A stretch of DNA of 64,000 nucleotides from Trichoplax sp. H2 (taxonomy: Eukaryota). This document shows positions 1 to 13,500 of the stretch, piece after piece (positions within the stretch are counted from its first letter, which is position 1; each line of letters opens with the position of its first letter). A program made the position numbers and the translations under genes. The stretch spans positions 1,302,001-1,366,000 of the forward strand of contig NOWV01000003.1 of the NCBI GenBank assembly GCA_003344405.1. Direction: 5' to 3'. A model generated the notes under the pieces. That model saw only the letters and a program-made list of their open reading frames with translations, was not told the origin of the DNA and made no database searches.

Positions 1-857
1 GACTGGCACCATACCTTTACATTTATATCCGTATATAACAAGTATTGCTAGATATTATTTTATCTTTGTACGAAATCTCTACAGACCGAAATTTGTCTTC
101 AACTCCTTGATTTATTTTTAATTAAATGTAGAATTTAGGCTTGCGCCCTATATCGGTGTGATATAAGCTACTAAGAAAAACTTGATAGGTGGATATCGTA
201 ATTTTTAATATTATCCTGGGTTTTAATTCTATTTCGTTACGAAAGCATTGGTTGAGACTCTTGACAATTAAAATGTAGAAAAAATATTTTTCAAACAGGG
301 TATCGGATGAAAAAATGACTTATTTTATTACTAAGTTGCGCTTTTTAATTAATAATTTTATCACACTGTATTTACCTAGTTAAGATCTCGATAAGTGATA
401 TATCTAATATAATCTAGGCATTTTCTCAGATGTAATGATACCGTGCAATGGTTATGCACAAAAGTCGAAAAGTTGATAATTAAGGTAATGTGATTCTAGC
501 ATGTCAAAATACGTTTTGTCATTATATGGAGGATAATACAATATCTGTTAGCGAATATAAGATTGGTAATAATTATATTTGCCAGATCGAAAGACATCAA
601 CATCGTTATCATGTCAAATCTGTACTAGAAATCTTATTGGCACCCTACTGTCACATTAAAGGAAAGTACTCATATTTTTCACTTAACAAATACACAGCCA
701 TCTTTAATACATTCAATGACAGCAGAAAAAGTACAGTAAGTCTTCTGTATTTTAAAAGTCTTAGCACAGTGAACATTCATTAGAGTTAATAAAACTATGA
801 TCAAGGTAGCTATAGTTAAAGTTTCTAACAACTTCTATGTATTATTACAGATGGCGT

Positions 858-1945
858 TGTCACGGTACGCCGTTACTAATTAAGTAACTGTAAATTAATG
901 AATGCTTATGAATAGATAAGATAAGGTTATGTGCTATGTTTTAATGCGCTTGTAGCTGATAATAGGATGGTAGAAATGAGATAAAAATAGAAGTTGTTAG
1001 CAGTTAATTTACTGTAGGTTTATAAGTTGTGTTAATCTCTAAAAATTGAGCTGTATATGGACGAAGGTTAAGTGTCTTAACACCTGATAGCTTGTAGCTA
1101 TCTAAGTCTGAGGATATCGACATGTATATTTAGTAATGGTATTATACTAATTAATGTAACTTGCAAAGCATGAATTCTCACTCGTTAATATTGGAATTCA
1201 CTGTAGAAACCTATTTAAGCGCGTGTGTTTGTNNNNNNNNNNNNNNNNNNNNCAAATACACAGCCATCTTTAATACATTCAATGACGGCAGAAAAAGTAC
1301 AGTAAGTCTTCTGTATTTTAAAAGTCTTAGCACAGTGAACATTCATTTGAGTTAATAAAACTATGATCAAGGTAGCTATAGTTAAAGTTTCTAACAACTT
1401 CTATGTATTATTGCAGATGGCGTAAAAACTATTAGGTAATTTATATTTGCTACTACTATATTAAGCCTTTATACTAATAAAGTAACATCTTCGCTACATA
1501 GTAAATACTGCATCATGCAATAAATTATTTAGATAGTGACATATAGTCCAAGTACAGTAGATATCATCGTACACANNNNNNNNNNNNNNNNNNNNAGCTA
1601 TCTAAGTCTGAGGATATCGACATGTATATTTAGTAATGGTATTATACTAATTAATGTAACTTGCAAAGCATGAATTCTCACTCGTTAATATTGGAATTCA
1701 CTGTAGAAACCTATTTAAGCGCGTGTGTTTGTAGAATAAAGTAAGTAATTGCTCAAGAAACGGCAAGACTCATATCGTGAAGAATAGTGTAATAATTAGT
1801 CAGTTGTCTGTGGAGATCAGCCGAGAAATCGAGTTCTCAAATACTTCTCTCATAGAAACTGAAAGTACTGGGAGAAATAGCCCAAGTTTTAAGTAACTAC
1901 ACTAGAGTTCTTTACTTTCCTTTGCCACAAGTGAGGGTTGTGACA
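858..1945 (+). mobile_element. Solo-LTR-like element, about 588 bp once the assembly duplication is removed, heterozygous
   Basis: Begins TGTCAC (858) and ends GTGACA (1945). Flanked by a 5-bp direct repeat GGCGT (853-857, 1946-1950). Internal TATTTAA (1712-1718) is followed by AATAAA (1735-1740). 1096-1232 is repeated at 1596-1732 across N gaps. The intervening contig 1253-1575 is the empty site with one GGCGT (1419-1423). Confidence 0.85.
1253..1575. other. Alternative haplotype (empty-site allele) scaffolded between two 20-N gaps
   Basis: Near-identical to about 687-857 joined directly to about 1951-2102, with a few SNPs. Bounded by N runs at 1233-1252 and 1576-1595. Confidence 0.85.
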
Positions 1946-4900
1946 GGCGTAAAAACTATTAGGTAATTTATATTTGCTACTACCATATTAAGCCTTTATA
2001 CTAATAAAGTAACATCTTCGCTACATAGTAAATACTGCATCATGCAATAAATTATTTAGATAGTGACGTATAGTCCAAGTACAGTAGATATCATCGTACA
2101 CAAATAGGAAACAGAAGATATGATATCAAATTAAAAACGGTTACTTGTCAAAGAAAAATAGCAACAGATTGGGCCGAAGTATTTCATAAAAAAATAAGAA
2201 TACTTAATGTAGTGCGAGCATCTTTATGTTTAGTAATACCACAAAAGTTTAGTGATAACGTCAATAATGAAGTTGTAATTGTAAAACTATGCGTTTCGGA
2301 TAAAGGTATATGATTTAGTTAGACGCTTAATTTAGAAGAAAGCTCTAAGATTAATTCTTGCTCCTATTATTAGCTTTGTGTTATTTACGTTCTCTAAAGC
2401 ACTTACACTTGCGCTTAGAGCAATGTATATTTAGGCAAGAAGATGATGAAAGCTAGCTTTCTTAACTAATTTCAAAATCACATGGATAAGTTACAGTAAC
2501 TGTGCAAAATCAAACACTAATAAACAAATTTCAAAGGTATACTCTGTAAGCGGACAGCTTTAACTATAAAGAGATTCTAGTTTTTAATTCCAGAGAAGAC
2601 TCGTATCTGTGTTTAACTTCAGTTGGAAGCAGTACCTATATTTTTTAGCGTATATAATTTAGCTAACAGCTCAATACGTTACAAAATGCCACTATTTATT
2701 CCTAGAAGAAGCTATAGCATTGTGCACTTAAGGGTAAAAACTCTACTTAATTAGATTTTGTCATAGAGGTATATACTTTATCCTGACAGATTTAAGAATA
2801 AAAAGAATAAGAATAAGAATCTTTATCCTGATAGATTTAAGAATCTCCACTATCTCATTCACATTCAGCAAAAATTGTACGCAGAAGAACGATTTGTAAT
2901 ATGTAATAAATTATTATTTAAAAACACCAGTGGCTCTGCCGTATAGCGCATAATAATACAGATTTCTCATAGTTTCATAAAATTCAGATCATTTCAAATT
3001 TTTCAAGTATCTTGTATGAAGATATTTTATGCTTTTCTTTACAATATTATAGTTCTATAACGGCTATTAATAATTAACGGCGCATTTCTATCATACCTAT
3101 TGCCTTAACAGTTGGAAATCAGGAATAGTACATGAGTTCCGTAAATGTATTTGCATTCTCATATTGTATCAGGACTCTATCTACCCGGTAAAATTCATGT
3201 CTAAAGTAGTTGTCATTTATAACCGTTTTATTTCATATCACTAGGTATGAAGAACCTAATGCAGTGTTGATCATTCATACGTTTAATCATCACCGATTAC
3301 ATACGTGAAGTGAAATCACGTAATATCCAAATATAAGAAAGGATTGCCTAATCAATAACAGCATATTCTATACTAATTTTTTTGGCATAGCATCGACTAT
3401 TTGCAAGGCTGTTATTTTTAAGATCTACGGCAATTCCATACCATGCTGTCAATGTAAATCCGTGCCATTTTATAGTTATTTGACTTTAGTTATGAGTATA
3501 TCAATAAAAAAATTACACGTATCCAGAACCCAACATTGCACAAGGATATTTCATATACCAGTAATTCAACTCAACCTCACATAAGTTCAGGTCCGAATAT
3601 TATATACTTAAACAATGATTTAGAATCATACATGCCACTAATAGGTATATAAAGCATAATTTGCGTACGAATAGATATCAACTTACGACCCAATTTTAAG
3701 CAAAATGATAAGTTTTACGTTGCACCGCTACCCAACGACAGCGCATCCATTGCGTCATACTGTTCATATGTTTTCTTTTAAAATTCTGTCTCTACAATTA
3801 TTACAGCTACTGTTCGAATGAAATACATTACGTTAAACTGCTTTTTTTGTTTGTAAATGACAAATTCGACATCGATAATTAACGTATAATCTTTCGAAAG
3901 CAATAAAAGATGAGTAATAAATATTCAACTTTCGTAATATTTACTGTAATATAGCTGGCATGTTAGGAAATATGTCTCGCAGTAATGATGTTACAAATAG
4001 ACTACTAACCGAAAATTTACCAAAACTTTGTAGGCTAATTAATATCCCAGAATGATAGGTTAAAATTGTTCGTGGATTATACTCATAATTTATGCCATTG
4101 ACTTAAATATTAGACACTATTTAAATAATCAGAAAGTATCCAAAATAGGCTAGAAAATTTGAAGGGAAATTATTATGCTTTATGTTTGGCAGTAATATCG
4201 TATTCCAAAAGTAGAGACAGAAACGTATTAAAATGAGTGTGTAATATAGCTCCAGCCTTAAATTAAATCATCACGGTTAATCTAACGACTATTAGATTAT
4301 TTACAAATAGTAACCATAGAATTGGATGTGACAGAGACTATGTAAATTGCCTCATTAAATACTGTATTCAAGGTCTTATTCATACCAACTAAAATAACTC
4401 ATTAAGTGCGTATTTTCTGATAAAGATGATGTCAACATTTGAAGCTAGACTCGATTTTAAAACAGTATATAAGTCAGGGTCTGAGTTTTTATTCCAGCAA
4501 TGCTACTAACTAATTAATCTATCATTAGGTTTAATTATCCCAACTGGCTATTGATATAAATATTAGCCTAACACTAATATTAATCCAATTATTCTAATTA
4601 CAATAATACAGTGGCATAGAGCTCTAACTAGAAATTGTATTACTAATAATAATAATTATTGCTGTAGACAGGTAGGCTGATTTTAAATAATACCCTCTGT
4701 CAAACTAACTATATTTGTTAATAAATGCTAGACTAAGTATGACCAAAGCTCATTTCATTGGGTTGGGCTGTATTCCTTCTTTGCAAAGCGAAAAAAGCTG
4801 TCACGGTCTAGCAATTTTATTCTTCATGATGTGGTGATGAATCATACGAAAAGAAATTAATTAATAAATAAGAAATATACAACATAAAATTTCGATTAAT

Positions 4901-7211
4901 TCGTCAAATTTTAATTTTCTTTAATATTTTCCATTGGTCGTCTATATTATATGACTGTAAAGTATTTCAAGGGAATCTATGAAAAAAGAAATTACTATAC
5001 TGTAGCTAAAGACTTTAGAATGGAAATAATAATTCATTCATAACTACTCTATCACTAGCTACGATGATATAAGAACATAAATAAACTGGCTAATATGAGT
5101 AACTACGATGGCATCCGTGAATTTTCTAATTGTATTGTATCAAGCCATCAACACTCTATCTAAATTCAGTTCGATCTTAACATGAATTGCATTCTGCCAT
5201 TACAGTTAGCACGTTTATGCAATCAAACACAGTAGTAATCAAATCTAAATATCCGCCTCAGAAATAATATTTCAACACTAAGTCTAATTCCAAAAGCATC
5301 CTATAGATATAGTGGAACTTTATAGTCAACATGTCCTTCAGGTATTTATTTATTGATAAAACAAAAAAAGATTCTCTTCTTTCTAAGTTGTTATGAAAAG
5401 AACTCATTTCCTCTATGTCTCATAGATGTTATCACTTTAAATAGCAAGTTGCATTCAAGTTTTTATCTTTAATAATAATGCAAGGATATTAAAGATTGAA
5501 GGCTCTTCAAGTTTTGTAAGCCATGTTAACGAGAAGAATAGACTGGCTCATTGTTACTACTTTTTGTCTTTTTCAAATGATGTGAATAAGATCTAATATC
5601 AATTCAATGTGCAAGATTTTTTACCTTCCTATTCAAACTTTTATCCAATGTCGTGATCATATTAGCAGAAAATTGATTAACTATTAAAATTAATCCATTT
5701 GATCAGTCACCTATTTTGATGGCTACCTTATTTCATCATGCCTAATTAAATGACTACAGTACTCCTGATATTATTATATCTCGATATTTTTTATTTACTT
5801 GCCCTGATAAAAAATATTCCAATATATGTGCTATATAATTGGAATGAGGCATAGCGGTACGATGAATATAGTTTCTGTTTGAATAACTTAGAGAGAAATT
5901 ATTGAAGATCATTTGACCAGTAGACTAAAAATTTTTAAATTAACCCATTAGTAGCATTAACGGATGTTATTTAATGTATGTGGAATACGCTTTCAGTATT
6001 AAAATAAATGAGATAAATCTGAATTGAGCGATGATTAATGCCCTCGTAGGTTATATAATTTGCGATCTGGCTTTTACTATCTGATAAAATATTACCCTAA
6101 TTTCCCACAGATACTAATAAATCCCTGGATTATGTAGAAATACTGTATAAAAATCTAGTTAAGAATCACTCAATTCTATACATTAAATTTACATCTACGA
6201 GGGCATCTAAAGTAAAAAGGAAGTTTAACTTCAGTAAAAACTAAAATGATCTGAAAGAAAGAAGCTTTCACCAAAATCAAAAGATTACCTGTTACGTAGG
6301 TGTTATTAATTTCTTAGGGATGAAATTCACTCATTAAATTAGTAGTAGAGTTCTATTCATTAAAGTAGCAATTTTTGTAATCATGTTTAGAATCTTTTTC
6401 GCTGATATTTGTAGTCTAATAATATTAAAATTAAACACATACCAGTCAAGAAAATGATTGAAATAGTCATAGTGATTACTGGATTCTATCAACTGACTTA
6501 TGTTCATCACAAGTGAAAATATGAGACCCTTTTTTATTAGAAGATAGGATCATAATAATTACAATAAACAAAAAGTTCTATAAAATTTGGAGTACCATAC
6601 ATCCATCTATATACCTATACTGCAATAGGCCCCCAAAATATAATAATAATAATTGATTGATGAAGAGTATCTATTGATAACAAACTCTTTGAAAGAAAAA
6701 TAAAATATAAAGGCAATTATTAATAAGAAGAAGTAGAATAATCTAAGCACATTCAAGCAATGCGGAATGATCAAATTATCGATCTTTTTTTTTAAATTCA
6801 TTTCTTGCCCGACTGGGAATAGGTGTAGAATTATGCTGGTCTAACCGTCAAGTATTAAAGAAAAGCTTGATATCTACAGTTGCTTTCAACTCACTTTCAA
6901 CAACTCCAAAATTTCACTATATACCCGATATAGCACTGGAAATCAGCTATAATAAATTATTGTATGCAAAGCTATTAACTTAAGGTTTATATTATGTTAT
7001 CTGCTATATGTATTATAAACTGTAATTTTGATGAAGCTATAAATATTTAAGCTCCATTAGTTATTTATAGTTTTATCTTCTGAATTTAAAATATTTGGGA
7101 GATAACGAAAAAAATACCCTTCCCTATTTACGACGATTAATTGTGTCATATATCTGAAAAAACAACAAAACCTGTACAAAAATTAAATCAGTGTATAATT
7201 GAGTTTCTTAC

Positions 7212-7540
7212 CTATAAAGCATTTCCATCTCTCGCTTTCTAGATTGAAGATCCATTGAAGTTGACGTCATAGAAGTTAAATTTTGCGACGAATGCGATGA
7301 TGGATGATGAAATGATGATTGTAATGATAAAGTAAAATTTTGACTGGCATTACGATTGGAAGGTAAAATAGGCGTTAAATTAGTTTGAAATGATTGTTGT
7401 GATGTCGAATCTTGTTGTGCTAATGATTGATGATGTGATGATGGTGAAGGCGGTGGAAATCGATGTAATGATGTTGTAATAGCTTGTGGCATAGCTAGTG
7501 TATTATACTGAGATTGATGATTGCGATGATCGTATGACAT
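7212..7540 (-). CDS. Coding exon with Ser/His/Gln/Pro-rich low complexity; probable transcription-factor N-terminus, possibly TALE-class Meis/Pknox (partial)
   Basis: 110-aa ORF MSYDHRNHQSQY...MDLQSRKREMEMLYR ending at a consensus donor AG|GTAAG (phase 2, 7211). The end resembles Meis KRDKDAIYG|HPLFP and Pknox DKQAIYR|HPLFP. No exon starting HPLFP was found in 1-7200, so the identity is unconfirmed. Confidence 0.55.
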
Positions 7541-10500
7541 CTCTGAATTATGAATGATTGTGTTTACTGCTGTAATAAATAACTGATGGCAGAGGAATTA
7601 TCCAATATATAGCTAGATAACAAAATAATTAACGGGATAAAATATTGGATGAACGTATGAAAATTTTTTCCAATGTCTTGTTTTCTTTCTAGAAATTACT
7701 GCCAATTAATCTATAAGTTTTAAAAATAGACATGAATATATATATACTTATTAATGTAGATATATAATTATATGAACATAGGCATAAAAAAGAGGAAGAT
7801 GCTATTTCAAATTCAAGTTAATCGTCGACTATGGTCTAAATAAGCACAAACTGTGACATGTTTGATTTAAAATTATAACAATAAAATATAATAATATGAT
7901 AGGAATTACAGTTGAAAGTTGGATATTAAACTAATGTCATGATGTAACTCTTTAATGATCTAATCTTGGTATGCAGGGATAAGTATATTGTTTTTATCCT
8001 GACGTATGTTATTAATATCATTTGATGTTAAATTTAGTATAAGAATAGCTGATTTTCAATAGTTATTGTATTGAATAGTTAGAAGATTGATTTTCACTAT
8101 CACTGCCAATGGAAAATTAACCAATAACCTCCTTTAACACATGATAATAGATAAATAATTGCGCTGTTAGTTCCACTTCATGATAAGAAATTTTCCTCTT
8201 AAACTTATTCGTGACTCTATTAACAGAGACGGTTATGATCAAGCTTAGATACCCTACCATCATTATTACTGGTAGTACCCTTAAGTTTGTATGTTCAAGA
8301 ACTAAATGTAATCAAAATTATTTTGATTCTAAGTACATAGAACTAAATCTGATTCTTGTTTTGGACGTCATATCTATAAAATATGGCCAAAATATTTATT
8401 TCTATAACTTAATGCGTTGATCAGAGAAAAAAGTTGTGACAATACCGTTAAGTTCGCAAGTTAAAAGAATTCGCAAATACGAACATAATTCCGCACCATG
8501 CCCTCAGAAGTTATTTCGAACCTCATTTCAGGCATTGTTTCCGTAGAATATAAACCAAATATTTATTTATATACAGCAATTTAATTCATGATCTGTAAAT
8601 GTAAACCCATGATAGTGTACTAAATCCGTAAATATGGAAAGAGTTATCAGCAGAAATGAAAGTAATTTTATTTCTTTTGAACTAGAATTGGTCTTATTTA
8701 GGATCTTTTTCGATAGATTTGATATAATTACTTTATTATGCAGCTTAATCCGATGTCATAGAATAAAAGTTGCCGTCATCACTTATTTACTATAAAAAAT
8801 GAATCTCAGAGAAACATGCTATCATCGACTTCTTTTAGATTTCAAGCCAAATGAAAAAGTAGAAAACGCAAATAAAAACTCTGCAAAGATTATTATTCGT
8901 GCAGATTATATGTTTGATGCTATAAGTATAGAATGTTACTCTAAAACTAATTTTTAAATCTGTTTTTATTTATTTGAAACTTTAATTTAAATGAAAAATG
9001 CATTCGAATACTATCTGCGGTAGAGATAATGCTAAAATAATCCCCTAATCCATTTAAACTTACTTAAAAGTATGGAACTTGGCACGATTGTTTATTAAAT
9101 ATAAATCCTCTATTACATCTTATTTTGAAGAACAGTGATAAAGATCCATACCTAGACTAATATTCACAAAACGATGAGATAGCCCAATAGTAATGCTTCT
9201 CGAAGTATCCTGTATGGTTATCAAATTAAATTACAGAAAGCTATTGACTCTGCCATTTATTGCCTAAATATCAGAAAAATCTGTCTACTCCAATTAATCG
9301 GATGTAGTTATCGCTCTGGATGGATGCGTATTTTATATTTTATCGCGGATGACAGATTATGATGTTTTAGCTAATTTTCCAGATATAAAAAGGTCTTATC
9401 AATATAGGCCAATGCTGTAGTCTTTCTAAATCATATTCGAATAGAAAAGCACGAGAACCTCATGCGTTAGATAATACCCTTACATCTACCCAATTCGACT
9501 AATTTAAAGAATCATAAATTTATGTAAAGAATGCGGGCTACAACATACTCTTTAAAATAAAGAACGATGAAAATCATTCGATGAGCCCTTTCTTAGCTTT
9601 CATATTTAGATAGCCTACATTTTACCACATTAATATCAATGGGCAATTTCAATTTATACTAATAGGTAAAGCATGATCCAATACATTGGAATATTCTGAG
9701 AGCTTGTTTAAAATTATCATTATCCTGTTGATCTAAGTAAATACTAATATACTGTAGTACTGTATATTTAAAGAGTTGCTATAGTTTTCTCCACATTTTT
9801 ACTTATTCCTATCCAAATTAATATTACTTATAGTTGTTAGCACATGATATAGTAAATAGGAAAATTTCACATCCATATAGATGTATATACACGTCGTATT
9901 TTGAAATAATAACTCATCGTGAGTAATACTAGATTAAAATAGTAGCATTCTCATTAAATATGAAGTCATTTAACAGCTCTAAGCCCATCACCTTACTGAC
10001 TTAAACTGCAATTATAAAATGCAATTTGGCTAATGTCCATATAACATACCAGTATTTGAACTTTGGTCTTTGGTTTTAACGTCATCCATAATTAAATTAT
10101 TATTAATGAACTAGTATTTTTAACGGCTAAAGGCTAGCAGTAAGCTTAATAGCTAAATGAAAATACTCTTTGACTTGAACTGCATAACTCCTAAATCCTG
10201 CTTTAGATATTCGGTAAAGATGTATTAAGATTCTATATGGCAAATGTGCTACATAACTATTTAGGTACGTACAGAATTTGAAGGTAATGTATTAGATCTA
10301 TTGTTTGAAAGCATTAAAAAAATTATTGCAGATTTCATCTGCAATCCTTTACCAAATAATTTTCAGCGATAGTGAGGCAATATACGGGTATGTAGTATTT
10401 AGAATGGATGCTACTAAAATTGCGTAACTTCCACAATGACAGATCATATTAACCAATTCTTTATGTGGAAAAAATGCATTTTAGCTACGAGAGTGATAAT

Positions 10501-13500
10501 TTAAGCAACTGACCGTGAGAACTGATCATCTTGGCTGATCAGAACCGGAAAGGGACGCATTTATAAGAGTGATTTATCAAAAAAAGATTTATTAAACACA
10601 GACTGATAGATTAATAATCCGTATTATCTAAGCTTTAAAGGTATAAAATATTTATGCGCCTACTTATGCAAAATAAACTACCGAATATTTAACTACAACA
10701 TCTACACATTAAAAAAAGGAGTGGATCCAGAACTGATAGTTATCATACTGATACTATGAAACGAAAACCTATCCGGAAGTTCAGTATGCTAGTAATTATA
10801 TGAAGTGCCGGTCGTCAGATTTTGAAACCCCCAATTTTTACATATCGTACTCCTTTCAAACCATTTTTCATGATCGTTACTATTAAATGTTGCACCTCAT
10901 ATTGTATAAATACTTTAACTGCAAAGGATAATTTGCTAAACTGAAATGATTTCGTAGAGATATAAATCGATTAATTGTAAATTATTTCGCTACAAGCCTG
11001 TTAGAACGAAAAGGAATAAATATTGTATTGAATTTCGATTTGACATAGACTACATACGTAGACAGCAAATATTAAGAATGTAATTTCATATTAAATAGAA
11101 ACACTCATTGATAATACTCATAGTTTTGATAATAGCCTAATCTTAACCTAGATTAACTGCAAGGTGTTATTGATGCGTATCAACATAATTTGTTATTCAA
11201 GATTTGATTTAAATTAATTGGAGATTATTTTGGCATAGCAATATTTAAATTCACAGCAGATAGCTCTTTACTAGTATCAATACGAAATTAGTAACTCTTA
11301 CCAAAAATTACCCTAAATTTTTGCTCATATGAGATTGACGTTAGATTAAGAAACTAATGAAATGGAAGCGATTATCAGGATTAATCATATAAAGCATAGC
11401 TTTGATTAGTGAATTATACATCGATTGAACGGATAATGATATCGATCTTTACGATTTTAACGATGTAAAAACCCAATATATGAAGGCGATTATAATTCTT
11501 AATTAAAGTTAAAGACTATAAAATGCAAATAATAGAATACCATAGAAATAGCCTAATAAATTCATTACAATCGCTATAGATAGACTTTTCTTGATCCGTA
11601 ACTACGAAGATAAGGTTATTGAGACCATAGAAATTATTCAAATAACAAGATCTGAAACCATATTGTGTTGCAAAGTAGTTAAAATTGTTTGTAAATTAGT
11701 AAAAAGTAAATTATTGATAGTCAAATGGAAATCGATTAAATTCAGTAAAAACGAACCCGGTAATGATAGTTTTCGTAGTAGGATATCCAGGTTCTAATTA
11801 ATACTGGATATAATACTGGTAAAACGATTGTATATGCTACGTAAAATACATTATATTGTAATATGGTGTTACTTACAGCGCGAATATAGACATCATTTTT
11901 CGAAGTCCATCGTGTTCTCACAAATATAAATAATGTTATCTGATTCTATAATACTGATCTGTCACCATTTTCGAAATGTAGTATGATGCATTATGACAGG
12001 TATGTTTATACTGCTCTCTAAAGTCGTATTCTAAACGAGGACTTGATTGCACACCGTATATGTATGAATAATATTGATCTCTATTCATATCTCATTATTT
12101 GCTGTTGGATCTACTCAGTATTATTCATATTACTTTTATCATAGTTTGCCTACTAATCTACTGTAGCTAGCTCACATACTATACAATACTCACTTCTCGA
12201 TATATTAGAATCTCTATTTTCTAATAACTTATACGAAATCTAGTCTAATAGTATCCAGATCCCTATCATGCAAAATCTTAGTGGTAAATTTTAAGCTATT
12301 ATTGATAGCAAACAATTTATCATCAATATTATTACGTTTAACGACGCCCAACTTACGTGATCATTGATTGTATTTATTACTCAACTATTCCATGAGGTAA
12401 ATGTTCAATATCTTATTAATCGCGTAAAATTATCAGTTAGGATCAATTTCACTTTAAGTAACGCTGGGTATTATTAAAGTTCACATTCCCGTATGCTGTG
12501 TTTGCGCCAGAAATTAAAAAATTAACTAATATCAATTGTTAAATTCTTTCTTTCTTTATGTATAGTAAATATTTATGAAATCAAATATACTCACGAATAT
12601 ATAAAGTGAAAAGAGAAATATAGGCATGGAGATTGATATTATTAAATTGTATGGATTATGAATCTACTTTTATTCTTAATGGTCTACATGTTAAAAAATG
12701 AATTAGAACTGGATTGCTTACTTAGCTCATGATGAAGAAAGAGTACCATAAAAAATCAGATTTAATTAAACGCATTCGTATCTAGTAGGCTTCAAATTTT
12801 ACAAAGTATATGCCTAGTTTCTTTACAATTACAAATACAATTTGTGAAAAATTTACACATCAAACGTTTACATCAATTGTTTGTCACGAAATTTGGTAAT
12901 GATTTACTATATTAAATACTGGAAACGATTTAATTAAATCACAACATCGATGACAATGCCGAACTTTTTTCAATTAATCAATCAACAGTGTCTAGTCTTG
13001 TTTACGCCTCTCAATATCAAGTGCTTAAGATAGATGGATATGTTTACTTGGTTGTTTGTAAATATGTATAGAGGATAGATTGGGATGATGGCCGAGTAAT
13101 AGAAATTATTATGGAAAGTAAATATTAAGAGCTGTCAAAGTGATATTTTTCAAAATTTTTTCAATGGACGATTGACAACGGAATCTATTAGGTAACTGTC
13201 AATAGATTTATTTATGTGTATATCTGTCAATATTGTCTAAATTGCTAATAATTGTCTCTGAAAATAAGCATTACCTGTTAAATTAGATCCCCGTCAAATG
13301 AATAAATAACTTTAAAAAACTTTCTTTCATCATATTGGTTACCATAGCATTCAAAATGATTCCATAGTCAACAGAAAAATAGTTTTCAATTCCTTGTAGT
13401 ACACATACGTGCATACCTATATACAAGTACTCACGTATATGCGTTTTTACACGAATTTTTAGCAGTTAAATTGGGTATGATCAATTATCTGCATGTACAT

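Noticed and set aside
490..1397. ORFs 490-783, 1161-1355 and 1215-1397 that look like a duplicated small gene
   Set aside because: They arise from the haplotype duplication around N gaps and have no recognisable protein features.
2777..2845. 24-bp direct repeat CTTTATCCTGAYAGATTTAAGAAT
   Set aside because: A simple local duplication with no further structure.
13338..13351. Second X-box-like motif GTTACCATAGCATT
   Set aside because: The right half is imperfect and no gene start is nearby.
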